Assembly: GCA_965277805.1 (NCBI GenBank)
Contig: OZ255842.1
Location: forward strand, 4,896,001 to 4,960,000
Direction: 5' to 3'
DNA from: Candidatus Lustribacter sp.
Lineage (GTDB): Bacteria > Vulcanimicrobiota > Vulcanimicrobiia > Vulcanimicrobiales > Vulcanimicrobiaceae
DNA length: 64,000 bases
A model generated the notes under the pieces. The model was not told where the DNA came from, made no database searches, and worked only from the letters and a program-made list of their open reading frames with translations. Position 1 is the first letter of the stretch, and each line of letters starts with the position of its first letter. Positions 30,064 to 45,068 of this stretch are shown here, in pieces. The position numbers and the translations under genes were made by a program.

Positions 30064-31830
30064 TTACACTCCCGCCAGGCTGACCGCGCTGCCCGTGCGG
30101 ACGGCGTCGATGATTTCGATCGGACGGAACGGCCGCCCGTTGTACTTGCGTACGTCGTGGAGTTTGTCGATCGGGCCGACGACGTGGCGGATCAGCCGTC
30201 CGAGTTGGCCCGTGTAGGTGTTCTCGACGACGTAGACCTCGTCGTTCGCTTCGAAGAACGCCTTGATGTCGTCGTCGGGAAACGGCCACAGCGTTTTCAG
30301 CTGCAGGAAGTTCACCGACTCGCCCATCTTGTTGAGGCGATCTTGCGCTTCGGCGATCGGGCCGCGGTTGCTGCCGTAGCCAATGATGCCGACGCGTGCG
30401 CCGGGCGTCGCGAACAGCTTCGCTTTCGGCAGGTCGGGCCGGGCCGTCTCCATCTTGCCCATGCGCTTTTCCATCATGCGCTTGCGGTTCTTGGCGTTCT
30501 CGGTGATCACGCCGCCGTCGTTGTGCTCGGAACCCGGCGCGAGGTGCATGCCGCCTTCCATGCCGGGAATGACGCGCGGCGAGACGTGATCTTCGGTGAA
30601 CGCGAAGCGTCGATATTCGCCGAACACGACGGGCTCGGTGAGTAGCTTGCCGCGATCAACCTGGACTGCATCGAACGAGAGACGCGGCAGCGTCGCCTTG
30701 CTCTGGCACAGTGCTTGTTCGGAGAGAATGAAGACCGGCATCTGGTACTTCTCGGCGAGGTTGAACGCGTCGATCGCCATGTAGAACGATTCTTCGACCG
30801 TTCCAGGCGCGAGCACGATCTTCGGAAACTCACCGTGCCCGCCGAAGATGATGTGCTGCAAGTTGCTCTGCTCGGTTTTCGTCGGCAGACCGGTCGACGG
30901 TCCCGCGCGCGCGCATTCGACGATGACGATCGGGATCTCGAGCGAGCTCGCGAGGCCGATACCTTCGGTCATGAGCGAGAGGCCCGGACCGCTGGTGGCC
31001 GTCATCGAGCGCACGCCGGTGAAGGCCGCGCCGATGATCATGTTGACCGCAGCCAGTTCGTCCTCGGCTTGCACGACGGCCCCGCCGTATTGCGGCAGAT
31101 ACTTGGCCATCCACTCGAGCACGTCGGTGGCCGGCGTGATCGGATAGCCCGCCATGAAGCGGCAGCCGCCGACGAGCGAGCCGTACGCGATCGCGTCGTT
31201 GCCCATCATGATCAGCCGGTCACCGTCGACGCGGTCGGCCGAGAGCGTATAGCCGGACGGCGTCGACGCGTAATGGTCGCGGACGTACTTCTCACCGGCC
31301 TCGACGGCGCGGATATTGATGTCGACGACCTTCTCGCCCTTGCGCTTGTAGACGTTGGTGACGTCGCGCCGCAAGATTTGCGGATCCATGCCGATCAGCT
31401 CGGCGATCACGCCTAGCGAAACGGTGTTGCGCACCAGCTCGAGTCCGAGATCTTCCTTGGCCATCTTGCCGATCGGGATCTCGTACCAGTTGATGTCGTC
31501 GCGGCGCAGCTCGTCCGGAATCTTCTCATCGGTGTTGTCGAAGATGATGAAGCCGCCGGGGCGCATCTCGTCGATGTGCAGCTGCACGGCCTCGAGGTCA
31601 AAGGCGACCAGGCAATCGACGAAGTCGGCCATGCCGTAGTTGGGAGTGGTTCCGGCACGGATCACGTAGTTCGTGTGTCCGCCGCGGATGCGCGAGGGGA
31701 AGTCTTTGTAGGTGTAGACTTCGAGACCCATCCGTTTGAAGACGCCGGCGATCATGTCGCCGGTCGTGAGGCTGCCGTCGCCGGCCTGACCGCCGAACAT
31801 CACTTCGATATTATTGAGGATCATCGTCAC
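30064..31830 (-). CDS. korA: 2-oxoacid:ferredoxin oxidoreductase alpha subunit (fused gamma-alpha)
   Basis: GGQAGDG, SRIRGGH, GYPITPAT, QAEDE, TATSGPG, GPSTGLPT. Confidence 0.92.
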   Translation of the reverse strand: MTMILNNIEVMFGGQAGDGSLTTGDMIAGVFKRMGLEVYTYKDFPSRIRGGHTNYVIRAGTTPNYGMADFVDCLVAFDLEAVQLHIDEMRPGGFIIFDNTDEKIPDELRRDDINWYEIPIGKMAKEDLGLELVRNTVSLGVIAELIGMDPQILRRDVTNVYKRKGEKVVDINIRAVEAGEKYVRDHYASTPSGYTLSADRVDGDRLIMMGNDAIAYGSLVGGCRFMAGYPITPATDVLEWMAKYLPQYGGAVVQAEDELAAVNMIIGAAFTGVRSMTATSGPGLSLMTEGIGLASSLEIPIVIVECARAGPSTGLPTKTEQSNLQHIIFGGHGEFPKIVLAPGTVEESFYMAIDAFNLAEKYQMPVFILSEQALCQSKATLPRLSFDAVQVDRGKLLTEPVVFGEYRRFAFTEDHVSPRVIPGMEGGMHLAPGSEHNDGGVITENAKNRKRMMEKRMGKMETARPDLPKAKLFATPGARVGIIGYGSNRGPIAEAQDRLNKMGESVNFLQLKTLWPFPDDDIKAFFEANDEVYVVENTYTGQLGRLIRHVVGPIDKLHDVRKYNGRPFRPIEIIDAVRTGSAVSLAGV

Positions 31831-31941
31831 TCCGGACTGAAAATTGCGTCACCCATAAGGCCAGGGCAAACTTATCTTCCGTTTCCCCAACGCAGCGTGG
31901 CAACGCCTGCCGAAGGGAATAAGGGCAGTGCAACCGGAGAG

Positions 31942-31968
31942 TTAGCACTCTCGGTTATGGAGTGCGAA
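31942..31968 (+). promoter_or_regulatory. CIRCE element (HrcA operator) directly upstream of clpB
   Basis: TTAGCACTC-N9-GAGTGCGAA, one mismatch to TTAGCACTC-N9-GAGTGCTAA. Confidence 0.9.
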
Positions 31969-31969
31969 T

Positions 31970-34600
<2,631 letters not shown>

Positions 34601-34628
34601 GGCGACTGCTTTAGGCTATAGTCTATGC

Positions 34629-36704
34629 GTGCTCGCGATCGTAGGTATCGTCGTCGCGCTGGTAGCGATCGTTGCGATCGCGGCTGTTGCCGCGGTCGCA
34701 ATTCACCGGCTCACAGAACAGCGAGAGCGGATCCGGCGTGCCGGGCGCCGCTATCGTCAACTGGTTGAGTCTGCGCGCGTCATCATGTGGCGTAGCGCGA
34801 TCAGCGACGTCCGCGCACCGCAATTCACTTATGTGAATCCTGAGGCGGAGACCGTGCTCGGCTATCCGGTCGAGCAGTGGCTCACCGAGCCCGGCTTTTT
34901 CCAGAATCACATCCATCCCGACGACCGCGAAATGTCCATGCAGCGCGGCCGGGCGGCGGTACTGGGTGAGGATCAGGTTTTCGAGCACCGCATGATTGCA
35001 GCCGACGGCCGGAGCGTCTGGCTGCGTGCTTCCTTGCGCCGCGTCTCGGAAGACAACGTTGCGGAGCTGGTGGGCGTGCTCACCGACATCACCGAGCGCA
35101 AGCACGCCGAGGAAGCGGCCGAGGCCGCAAGTCAGGCCAAGAGCGAGTTTCTCGCATCGATGAGCCATGAGATTCGCACCCCGATGAACGGTGTGATCGG
35201 CATGACCGACCTCGTGCTCGAAACCGAACTCACGCACGAACAGCGCGATTATCTTACGACGGTCAAGAGTTCGGCCGAAGCATTGCTCACCGTGATCAAT
35301 GACATCCTCGACTTCTCGAAGATCGAAGCCGGCAAGTTCGAACTCGACCCCATTGCGTTCGACTTACACGAGACGATCGAAGAAACGATGAAGACGCTGG
35401 CGTATCGCGCGCACGAAAAAGGCCTCGAGCTGGTGTGCGACATCCAGCCCCAGGTACCGATCGCGGCCGTCGGCGATCCGGGCCGCATCCGCCAAGTGAT
35501 CGTGAACCTGATCGGCAACGCGATCAAGTTCACCGATCGCGGTGAAGTCGCGCTGGAAGTATCGCTCGACGAGGGCAACGAGCACGAGTGGATCGTACAC
35601 TTCGTCGTGCGCGATACGGGCATCGGCATCGCGCCGGAAAAGCAAAAGCAGATTTTCGAGGCGTTCTCGCAAGCTGACAATTCGACGACGCGCCGTTTTG
35701 GCGGAACGGGCCTGGGTCTCACGATTTCGGCGCGCTTGGCCGAAGCGATGCGCGGGCGGATTTGGGTCGAGAGCGAACTCGGCAAGGGGAGCGCGTTCCA
35801 CTTCACAACGGCGCTCGGCGTGGCCGATCATGTGGAGCGGGTTGAGATCGACGACGCTTCGCTCGCCGGCATCCCCACGCTGATCGTCGACGACAATGCC
35901 ACCAATCGCCGCATTCTCGTTGAGATGCTGGCCGCGTGGGAGATGCAGCCGACAGCGGTTGCCAGCGCGCGCGAGGGGCTCGATCTGATGCGCAGCGCGG
36001 TGCGGCGCGGACAGCCGTTCGCGCTCGTGATCACCGACATTCACATGCCCGAGATGGACGGCTTCGCTTTTGCCGAGCGCATCCGGCTCACGCCGGAGTT
36101 CGCCGATACGATCGTCATGATGCTCACCTCCGGCGAAAAGCACGGCGACCTCGAACGATGCCGCGCCTTCGGCATCGGAGTCCACCTCATGAAGCCCGTA
36201 CGGCGCAGCGAATTGCGCGCCGCCGTGGTGGGTTCGCTCGTCGACCACGTTCCCGCGCGGAACGTGGCGCGCCCGACACGTGAAACAACACCCGTCGTGA
36301 TTGCACCACTCGGCCCGCCGGCGCGGATCTTACTTGCCGAAGATCACGAAGTGAATCAGCGCCTCGCGGTGCGCATTTTGGAGAAGGGCGGGCATGCGGT
36401 CGTCGCAACGGCGGTGACGGGTATCGAGGCGGTCGACGCCTGGCGCTCCGATACGTTCGATGTGATCCTGATGGACGTGCAAATGCCGGAGATGGACGGC
36501 TTCGAGGCGACGATGAAGATTCGCGAAGAGGAAGGGCCGACGGGGCGGCACGTGCACATCATCGCGATGACGGCGCATGCCATGACCGGCGATCGCGAAC
36601 GCTGCATCGCGGCCGGTATGGACGCCTACATTGCCAAACCGATTCGCGCGACCGACTTGCTCGAGCTCGTTCGAGCTGCGATGATGAAGCCGGTCGCGCC
36701 TTAG
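34629..36704 (+). CDS. Hybrid sensor histidine kinase (TM-PAS-HisKA-HATPase-REC-REC)
   Basis: PAS (IHPDDR), [18 protein letters not shown], two receivers; GTG start inferred after the clpB stop. Confidence 0.9.
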   Translation: MLAIVGIVVALVAIVAIAAVAAVAIHRLTEQRERIRRAGRRYRQLVESARVIMWRSAISDVRAPQFTYVNPEAETVLGYPVEQWLTEPGFFQNHIHPDDREMSMQRGRAAVLGEDQVFEHRMIAADGRSVWLRASLRRVSEDNVAELVGVLTDITERKHAEEAAEAASQAKSEFLASMSHEIRTPMNGVIGMTDLVLETELTHEQRDYLTTVKSSAEALLTVINDILDFSKIEAGKFELDPIAFDLHETIEETMKTLAYRAHEKGLELVCDIQPQVPIAAVGDPGRIRQVIVNLIGNAIKFTDRGEVALEVSLDEGNEHEWIVHFVVRDTGIGIAPEKQKQIFEAFSQADNSTTRRFGGTGLGLTISARLAEAMRGRIWVESELGKGSAFHFTTALGVADHVERVEIDDASLAGIPTLIVDDNATNRRILVEMLAAWEMQPTAVASAREGLDLMRSAVRRGQPFALVITDIHMPEMDGFAFAERIRLTPEFADTIVMMLTSGEKHGDLERCRAFGIGVHLMKPVRRSELRAAVVGSLVDHVPARNVARPTRETTPVVIAPLGPPARILLAEDHEVNQRLAVRILEKGGHAVVATAVTGIEAVDAWRSDTFDVILMDVQMPEMDGFEATMKIREEEGPTGRHVHIIAMTAHAMTGDRERCIAAGMDAYIAKPIRATDLLELVRAAMMKPVAP

Positions 36705-36707
36705 CTT

Positions 36708-38534
<1,827 letters not shown>

Positions 38535-38581
38535 AACGCCCTATTGTACCATTTTCCGAGCCGTGCCGGAAGTGACGCCCT

Positions 38582-39310
38582 CTATTTACCGAATCGGCGC
38601 TGCCGTTGCGCGTACGATGAGAGCGCGCCGCTGAAGGCGCGAGCGTCAAATTGCGGCCACGGGACCGTGGTGGACCAGAGTTCCGTATACGCGCACTGAT
38701 ACAGAAGGAAATTTGACAGACGTAAGTCGCCGCCGGTGCGGATCATGAGGTCGGGATCGGGCAGGCCCGCGGTCCACAATCGGGCCGCGATCGCGTCTTC
38801 ATCGATCGCATCGGGCTCGAGGCGTCCCGCGGCAACCTCTTCGGCAAGCATCCGGACGGCCGAGGCGAGCTCGGTCCGGGCACCGTAGTCGACCGCCAAA
38901 TTGAGGGTCATGCCGCTACCGCCGGCCGTGCGGGCCTCGAGCATCGCAAATGCTTCACGCAGCGCAACGGGCAAACGGTCGCGCCGGCCGATCAGGCGCA
39001 CGCGCACGCCTTCGCGCGCAAACGCGTCGGCTTCGCGCCGCGCGAACGTTGCGCCGAGGTCCATCAGCGTGCCCACTTCGGCCGCACTGCGGCCCCAGTT
39101 TTCTTCCGAGAACGCGTAGACCGTGAGCACTTCGATGCCGGCTTTAGCCGCGGCGATCACGATGCGCCGCAGCGTCAGCATGCCGCGACGATGGCCTTCG
39201 ATTTGCGGAAGTCCGTTAGCGGCGGCCCAGCGGCGATTGCCGTCCATGATGACGGCAACGTGGCGCGGCGTCGTTGCGAGCGCGGGTACGGCCTCGACGC
39301 GTTCGATCAT
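38582..39310 (-). CDS. uppS: cis-isoprenyl (undecaprenyl diphosphate synthase-like) transferase
   Basis: HVAVIMDGNRRWA, YAFSEENW.R, IRTGGDLRLSNFLLYQ, RRFG. Confidence 0.9.
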   Translation of the reverse strand: MIERVEAVPALATTPRHVAVIMDGNRRWAAANGLPQIEGHRRGMLTLRRIVIAAAKAGIEVLTVYAFSEENWGRSAAEVGTLMDLGATFARREADAFAREGVRVRLIGRRDRLPVALREAFAMLEARTAGGSGMTLNLAVDYGARTELASAVRMLAEEVAAGRLEPDAIDEDAIAARLWTAGLPDPDLMIRTGGDLRLSNFLLYQCAYTELWSTTVPWPQFDARAFSGALSSYAQRQRRFGK

Positions 39311-39675
39311 GATTGCGCCGCCCATCCATCGGTGACCGGCGAGATATCGGCCGAACGTTCGTGCACGTCGCGCACGACCGACTCCAACTCATCGATGTAG
39401 GCGAGAAAACGGCGCCGTCCGTCGGCGGTGATGCGCACGGTCGTGGCGGGGCGGCCACGGCCCGTAACGCGTTCCATTTCCACCACGCCCACTTCGGCTA
39501 GCGCGTGCAGATGGCGGTTCAGATTGCCGTCGGTCAACGCGCACGCTTCCTGCAGTTCGGTGAAACGCATACCGGCCGGATTTGCAACCAGGCATGTACA
39601 AACGGCGAGGCGGCCGCGCTCGTGAAAGATGCGCTCGAGGCCCGAGTAAGCGAAGGGTGCGTCGCCGCCGTTCAT
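39307..39675 (-). CDS. Winged-helix transcriptional regulator (HTH_34 type)
   Basis: IFHERGRL, FTEL...LTDGNL.RHL..L, RP.T..IT..GR..F. Confidence 0.85.
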   Translation of the reverse strand: MNGGDAPFAYSGLERIFHERGRLAVCTCLVANPAGMRFTELQEACALTDGNLNRHLHALAEVGVVEMERVTGRGRPATTVRITADGRRRFLAYIDELESVVRDVHERSADISPVTDGWAAQS

Positions 39676-40277
39676 CGTTCCATCTCCACGGCGGCGCGCG
39701 AAACCAGCACGCCGATGATGATCTGTCCGATGCCGAACGTCGCCGGCATGACCCACCATGCGAGCGCGTTGCTGCCGGGTGCGAATAAGAGGGCGGCGCC
39801 GCTGGCCGCAAAGAGCGCCGCGATCCAACCGATGCCGGGCGGCGCCATGGCGCGCGATGCGATCAAGCCGAGGGCATAACACAAGCACCACATGCCCGGC
39901 AAGAGCCCGAGTTCACCACGTGTGATGAACACCGCGGTGAAGAGTCCGCCCGCCACGATCGACGGCAGAATCGTCATCCCAACCGTCTTCAGCTCGACGC
40001 GCGAGCGAACCGACCAGTGCCGAGCGAGCCACAGCACGATCGCGCCGTAGTTCACCGCGAGCGAACAAACGAGACACGCAATCCAGATCGTCAGATAGCG
40101 GGTATCATCAGCCTGGCTGACCGGGGTCGCGGTGCTGGACGCCTGGATTAGGCCGGCCCCGATCGCGGCGACCCCGCTCGCGAAGGCGGCGCCGCCGGAG
40201 AGTCCGCGGAAGCGCTGCACGGCCGCGAGGCGCGTGCGGACCTCCTCGAGGTCGGCGATGGCGCGGGAAACTTCCAT
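39672..40277 (-). CDS. Multi-pass membrane protein cotranscribed with the wHTH regulator
   Basis: About 6 TM segments, FRGLSG motif; ATGA coupling. Confidence 0.8.
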   Translation of the reverse strand: MEVSRAIADLEEVRTRLAAVQRFRGLSGGAAFASGVAAIGAGLIQASSTATPVSQADDTRYLTIWIACLVCSLAVNYGAIVLWLARHWSVRSRVELKTVGMTILPSIVAGGLFTAVFITRGELGLLPGMWCLCYALGLIASRAMAPPGIGWIAALFAASGAALLFAPGSNALAWWVMPATFGIGQIIIGVLVSRAAVEMER

Positions 40278-40283
40278 TCCTTG

Positions 40284-40298
40284 CTTTGTAACACAAAG
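40284..40298. promoter_or_regulatory. Palindromic operator candidate CTTTGT-N3-ACAAAG
   Basis: Perfect 6-bp inverted repeat, AT-rich, 6 nt upstream of the operon ATG. Confidence 0.6.
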
Positions 40299-40355
40299 TG
40301 AACCCCGTCGCAAGGGCAGCATGATACGTATCGCCCCGCTTGAAATGCTCGGCGG

Positions 40356-41099
40356 ATGAACGGAGTGTTGCTCGTTACCGGAGGCAGCCGGGGCATTGGT
40401 GCTGCCGTGGCGACCCTGGCGGCCCAGCGCGGCTTCGACGTGGCCGTGAACTATCGTGAGGACGAGCGCGCGGCGTCGGCCATCGTTGAGGCGGTCCGGT
40501 CGAGCGGGGTGCGGGCGCTTGCCCTCAAGGGTGACGTCTCGGTCGAGGCCGACGTCGTGCGGATGTTTGAGGCGGTCGACACGTTCGGACCCCTCAAGGC
40601 CTTAATCAACAACGCCGGCGTCACCGGTGGCTTCTCGCGCGTGGCCGACCTCAAGGGGCCGGCGCTCGAGCGTACCTTCGCGGTCAACGTCGTCGGCGCG
40701 ATGCTGTGCGCCCGCGAAGCGGTGCGTCGGCTCTCTACCGTTTGGGGCGGCGACGGGGGTTCGATCGTCAACGTGTCGTCGCTCGCCGCGAAGCTCGGCG
40801 GCGGTGGCGAGTGGGTGCACTACGCGGCGTCCAAAGGCGCGATCAACACGATCACGGTCGGCCTCGCGCGCGAGGTGGCGGCCGAGGGCGTACGCGTGAA
40901 CGCCGTCGCGGCCGGCATCGTCGACACCGAGATGCACCTGGCAGCCGGCGACCCGCACCGCGCGAAACGGACCGGCGCAACCGTACCGATCGGCCGTGCG
41001 GCGACCCCGCTCGAAATCGCCGAGGCGATCCTGTGGCTCACCTCGCCCGCCGCATCCTACATTACGGGGACGATCCTCGAAGCTGGAGGCGGCCGTTGA
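40356..41099 (+). CDS. SDR family oxidoreductase
   Basis: TGGSRGIG, NNAG, YAASK, GVRVNAV. Confidence 0.92.
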   Translation: MNGVLLVTGGSRGIGAAVATLAAQRGFDVAVNYREDERAASAIVEAVRSSGVRALALKGDVSVEADVVRMFEAVDTFGPLKALINNAGVTGGFSRVADLKGPALERTFAVNVVGAMLCAREAVRRLSTVWGGDGGSIVNVSSLAAKLGGGGEWVHYAASKGAINTITVGLAREVAAEGVRVNAVAAGIVDTEMHLAAGDPHRAKRTGATVPIGRAATPLEIAEAILWLTSPAASYITGTILEAGGGR

Positions 41100-41109
41100 G
41101 CCTACGTTG

Positions 41110-41701
41110 ATGGCTCTTTATCTGTGGCCGACGTGTGTCATCATCGTCGTCGAAGTTTTGGTCGAAAAACACAACGACGTGACGGGCTTCGTGCTGGCGA
41201 TCGTCGGCGTGATCGCTTGAGTAAAACCTTCCGCGAGCCCGAACAAAAGGCGCTGCGCGACGAGCTGATTCATTACGCGCAACTCGTGCGCGATCAGGAG
41301 TGGCCCGCGATTCAAAATGGCGCCGAGTCAGAGGCAGCGGACGAAAGCGCGCACCGGATCAGCGATCTCGCCGTGCGGATGATCAATAGCGATTCGCGCA
41401 ATCACTCGCCGTCGAGGAATCGGTCATGGGCCTCGCGCGCGAGTTTCAGGATGCCCGGCGTACGCGCCTGAACGAGAACGACGAAGGCATCCCGCGGTCG
41501 CTGTGGACGGGGCTCATTCTCGGCGCGATCTGCACCATCGCGTTCACCTCCCTTTTTGGCGTCGAGAACTTCCGCATGCAGCTCGTGATGACGGCGCTGC
41601 TCGCTACGCTGGTCGCGCTGATGCTCTCGATGATCGTCGCGCTGGATTATCCGTATCGCGGCGCAACGAGCATTTCACCGGCGATTTGGAAACTGCCCTG
41701 A
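41110..41701 (+). pseudogene. Disrupted DUF4239-like membrane protein gene
   Basis: Fragments in different frames: HNDVTGFVLAIVGVI(stop) / LRDELIHYAQLVRDQEWP / RRTRL..IPRSLW..LDYPYRG. Confidence 0.65.
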
Positions 41702-41761
41702 GCTCCCGGAATTTTCTCCGCTAGGCGGGAGCCGGACGCCGCGGCTTTCAATAGCTTCCGC

Positions 41762-42079
41762 ATGATCGTTGAAGAACGCACCTACACGGCCCTGCCCGGC
41801 AAGGCCAAAGAGTGGCTCGACTATTACGAAAAGAACGGCTTTCCGGTGCAGCAAAAGCATCTTGGCCGCTGCATCGGTTTCTTCACTACCGAACTCGGCA
41901 CGCTCAATCAGATCGTGCACCTGTGGGTTTACGATAGTCTTGCGCACCGTGAAAGCGCTCGCGCGAAAATGGGACAAGATCCGGACTGGCATAAGTTCGT
42001 CGCCGGCTCGCCCTCGCATCTCCTCTTGAACCAAGAAACGCGGATCCTCAACCCGACATCGTTCTCACCGTTGAAGTAA
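41762..42079 (+). CDS. NIPSNAP family protein
   Basis: EERTY, GTLNQIVHLWVYDS..R, DPDW, LNPTSFSP. Confidence 0.9.
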   Translation: MIVEERTYTALPGKAKEWLDYYEKNGFPVQQKHLGRCIGFFTTELGTLNQIVHLWVYDSLAHRESARAKMGQDPDWHKFVAGSPSHLLLNQETRILNPTSFSPLK

Positions 42080-42083
42080 CGGC

Positions 42084-42725
42084 GTGACATCGAAGGTACG
42101 GGTTAGCTTGAGCATTTCCGTCGACGGATTCGGCGCGGGACCCAATCAGGATATCGACAACCCGATCGGCACCGGCGGCTTGGCCTTGCACGAATGGGCG
42201 TTCGCAACGCGGACGTTCCGCACGATGCACGGTCAGGACGGCGGATCGACGGGCGTCGACGATGAGCTTGCCAAACGCGATTTCACCAACGTCGGCGCGT
42301 GGATCTTGGGGCGTAACATGTTCGGCCCGATTCGCGGTCCGTGGATCGACGATGCGTGGAAAGGCTGGTGGGGCGATACGCCGCCGTATCACGTGCCGGT
42401 CTTCGTGCTCACGCATCACCCGCGCCAACCGATCGTCATGCAGGGCGGCACCACGTTCCACTTCGTGAGCGAAGGCATCGAGGTCGCGTTGGAACGCGCG
42501 CGCGAAGCCGCGGGTGGCCGGGACGTGCGGGTCGGCGGCGGCGTTTTCACCATCCGGCAATATCTCCAGGCGAACGCCATCGACCAAATGCATCTGATCG
42601 TTTCGCCCGTGCTGCTCGGGGCCGGCGAAGCGCTCTTCCCCGGCATCGACACGGCGAAGCTCGGGTTCCGCTGCACCGAGCACGTGCCGTTACCGAACGC
42701 GACCCACTTCGTCTTCACGCGCTAG
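42084..42725 (+). CDS. Dihydrofolate reductase/RibD C-terminal family protein
   Basis: SISVDGF.AGP, ILGRNMF, VFVLTH, VGGG, PVLLGAG. Confidence 0.88.
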   Translation: MTSKVRVSLSISVDGFGAGPNQDIDNPIGTGGLALHEWAFATRTFRTMHGQDGGSTGVDDELAKRDFTNVGAWILGRNMFGPIRGPWIDDAWKGWWGDTPPYHVPVFVLTHHPRQPIVMQGGTTFHFVSEGIEVALERAREAAGGRDVRVGGGVFTIRQYLQANAIDQMHLIVSPVLLGAGEALFPGIDTAKLGFRCTEHVPLPNATHFVFTR

Positions 42726-42740
42726 CGACTGGAGTCCGAC

Positions 42741-43685
42741 ATGATCCATCGTATCCGGTGCGACGCGATCTTCTTGATCGGCGCCTTGCTCGTGGGTTCG
42801 ACCGGCGCCGCCGGCTTGGCGGACACGCCGCTCCAGACGATTCGCGTGGCGACGGTTCCGGTGGATGCCGGCGCCGAGGTGTACTACGCCCAGAAGATGG
42901 GCTTCTTCAAGGCCAACGGTCTAGACGTCGAGATCACCGGACTCTCGAATGGCGCGGCCGTCACGGCCGCGGTGATCGGCGGTGCGGCGGACATCGGTCA
43001 ATCGAATGCGGTCTCGATCGCGCAGGCGCACGAGCGCGGGATCCCCGTCGTGATCATCGCGGGTGCGAACCGCTACACGATCCCGGCTGATGAGTCCGGG
43101 CTTGCCGTTCCGCCCGACTCACCGATTCACACGGCGAAAGATCTCACCGGCAAGACGATCGCGATCAGCGGTCTGCGCGGCATCACCGAGATCGGCACGC
43201 GCAATTGGCTCGACAAGAACGGCGGTGATTCGAACTCGGTGAAGTTGCTCGACATGCCGTTCCCGGCAATGGCCGACGCGCTCGTACAACACCGCGTCGA
43301 CGCTGCGCTCATCACGCAGCCGTTTTTGGAAGCCGCGCTCGATCAGAAAAAGATCCGCGTGGTTGCCGACGTCTACGCCGCGATCGCGCCTGACTTTTTG
43401 CTCGGCGGGTGGATTGCGATGACGCCGTGGGTGCAAGCCCACCCGGCCCTCGCCGCGGCCTTCGCCAAGACGATGTATCAAACCGCGAAGTGGGCCAACA
43501 CCCACCAAGCCGAATCGGCCGCGATCCTCGAGGACGCGGCGAAGGTGCACATCGACCGCACCGACCACCGCGTTCCTTACGCCGAGAAGATGGTCCCGAC
43601 CGACCTGCAAAAGCTGATCGACGTCTGCGCGAAATACGGCCTGCTCAAAGCAACGTTCCCCGCGATCGACCTCATCCAGCCATAA
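42741..43685 (+). CDS. ABC transporter substrate-binding protein (NMT1/SsuA-like)
   Basis: Signal peptide, GFFKANGLDV, SPIHTAKDLTGKTIA. Confidence 0.85.
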   Translation: MIHRIRCDAIFLIGALLVGSTGAAGLADTPLQTIRVATVPVDAGAEVYYAQKMGFFKANGLDVEITGLSNGAAVTAAVIGGAADIGQSNAVSIAQAHERGIPVVIIAGANRYTIPADESGLAVPPDSPIHTAKDLTGKTIAISGLRGITEIGTRNWLDKNGGDSNSVKLLDMPFPAMADALVQHRVDAALITQPFLEAALDQKKIRVVADVYAAIAPDFLLGGWIAMTPWVQAHPALAAAFAKTMYQTAKWANTHQAESAAILEDAAKVHIDRTDHRVPYAEKMVPTDLQKLIDVCAKYGLLKATFPAIDLIQP

Positions 43686-43743
43686 CCGTCTGGCGGTAGT
43701 GGGCCTGGTTACGAATCGGGCATTTTGGGGCAAGGACCAGAGG

Positions 43744-44037
43744 ATGAAACGTATTTTGGCTAGCCTTGCGACGCTCGCGTTCCTCGCGGTGTCGGTTCCC
43801 GCCCTCGCGCAGGACCGGGATAACCACGACCATGGCGGTCCGGCCATGGAGCATCACGATCAGTCGATGCAGCATGGCGGACCAGCGATGCAGCATCGCT
43901 ACGCACCGCCTCCGCGCCGGCACGTATATCGTGAAGGCCAGGTCTACAACGGCCATCACCTCACGAATCGCGGCGGCCATTGGGGATACTACCAGCCGCG
44001 GAACGGCGTGAACGTTTTCATCAACATCCCGCTCTGA
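43744..44037 (+). CDS. Small secreted His-rich protein
   Basis: Signal peptide ending ALA-Q; repeated HGGPAM; GAGG directly before ATG. Confidence 0.7.
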   Translation: MKRILASLATLAFLAVSVPALAQDRDNHDHGGPAMEHHDQSMQHGGPAMQHRYAPPPRRHVYREGQVYNGHHLTNRGGHWGYYQPRNGVNVFINIPL

Positions 44038-44126
44038 TTCGGCCAATACGGCCGCTGCGGCATTAGAATTGGGCTCGACTTTGCTCTAAAACGATAGACG
44101 TCGTTTGGAGTGGACACAAGTCGCCC

Positions 44127-44438
44127 ATGAAATTATCACGCATCATCCTACCCGCGCTCAGCGGACTTCTCTTCCTGGGCAGCCTCGGCGGAGCGCCGGC
44201 GCCGGCCAAAGCGGACACCACGTCAACCGCTCTGATTGCTGTCGGCGCTGCCGCCATCGTCGGCGCACTACTCTATGACGGAAACAACCGTCCGTACTAT
44301 GTGCGCGACAACCGTCGCTACTACGTTACGCAAGACGAAGCTCGCTACTATCGTGGACACCACCACATGTACCAACGGCAGGCTTGGGTCCCGGAACGTG
44401 AGTACCCGGTTCAGCGCGACCCCTACTACCGCCACTAA
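44127..44438 (+). CDS. Small secreted Tyr/Arg-rich protein
   Basis: Signal peptide, hydrophobic GA-rich segment, repeated N.R.YYV motif; followed by a terminator. Confidence 0.7.
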   Translation: MKLSRIILPALSGLLFLGSLGGAPAPAKADTTSTALIAVGAAAIVGALLYDGNNRPYYVRDNRRYYVTQDEARYYRGHHHMYQRQAWVPEREYPVQRDPYYRH

Positions 44439-44451
44439 CGGTCTGTGAACG

Positions 44452-44493
44452 AATCCGCGTCTAGCGAGTCAGTCGCTCGGCGCGGATTTTTTT
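44452..44493 (+). terminator. Intrinsic terminator
   Basis: AATCCGCG..CGCGGATT stem with inner AGCGA/TCGCT pairing, then a T run. Confidence 0.75.
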
Positions 44494-44688
44494 CTAGCGG
44501 CGCAGCCAGATGCTTTGTTCAAATGAAATGTGATGGTGAAGCAGGCAACGCTTCACGAGCATTTTTGCCGAAGTGCGGCCGCTGGCCGTACAGCCGCACG
44601 ACCACCTGATACGCCGGTAGCCGACATCGTATTGCTCACTGATCGGTCTTCCGAGTGAGCGGTAGAGCGTCGCCTGCGAGGCTTCCAT
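44494..44688 (-). CDS. Small hypothetical protein with WSCGC motif
   Basis: 64-aa ORF with CGC plus C..H, a possible metal site. Confidence 0.45.
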   Translation of the reverse strand: MEASQATLYRSLGRPISEQYDVGYRRIRWSCGCTASGRTSAKMLVKRCLLHHHISFEQSIWLRR

Positions 44689-44762
44689 GTCCGGACGATA
44701 GCATCGCGCCCGGTTCGCATGGCAGAGTCATTTGGGTCAGCCGGATTGGGTAAGTCAGGGGT

Positions 44763-45068
44763 ATGGACACTTATTCGTTCGAGCAGCGCGTCGATCAGAT
44801 TACCGAGCAGATCCGGGCCTCCGATCCCGCGATCGCAGCAGAGATCCAGTGCTCGCGTCAGTCTGACAAGGCCGAATGGGAACGCGGCCCGTTTCGGGCC
44901 ACGCTGGTGCTGCACTCCGGCGAGGCGCCTCCGCGACTCTCGCTGCAACTCTACAACGGTGATGACGAACACCCCGCTCCGCTGCAGATTGGGTTCGACG
45001 ATCCGGATGTCGTGAACATGATCGCGGTGCCGGTTGCCGCCCTTTTAGCCGGTCATGGTGAGGGCTGA
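44763..45068 (+). CDS. Hypothetical protein
   Basis: 101-aa ORF with globular composition. Confidence 0.55.
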   Translation: MDTYSFEQRVDQITEQIRASDPAIAAEIQCSRQSDKAEWERGPFRATLVLHSGEAPPRLSLQLYNGDDEHPAPLQIGFDDPDVVNMIAVPVAALLAGHGEG

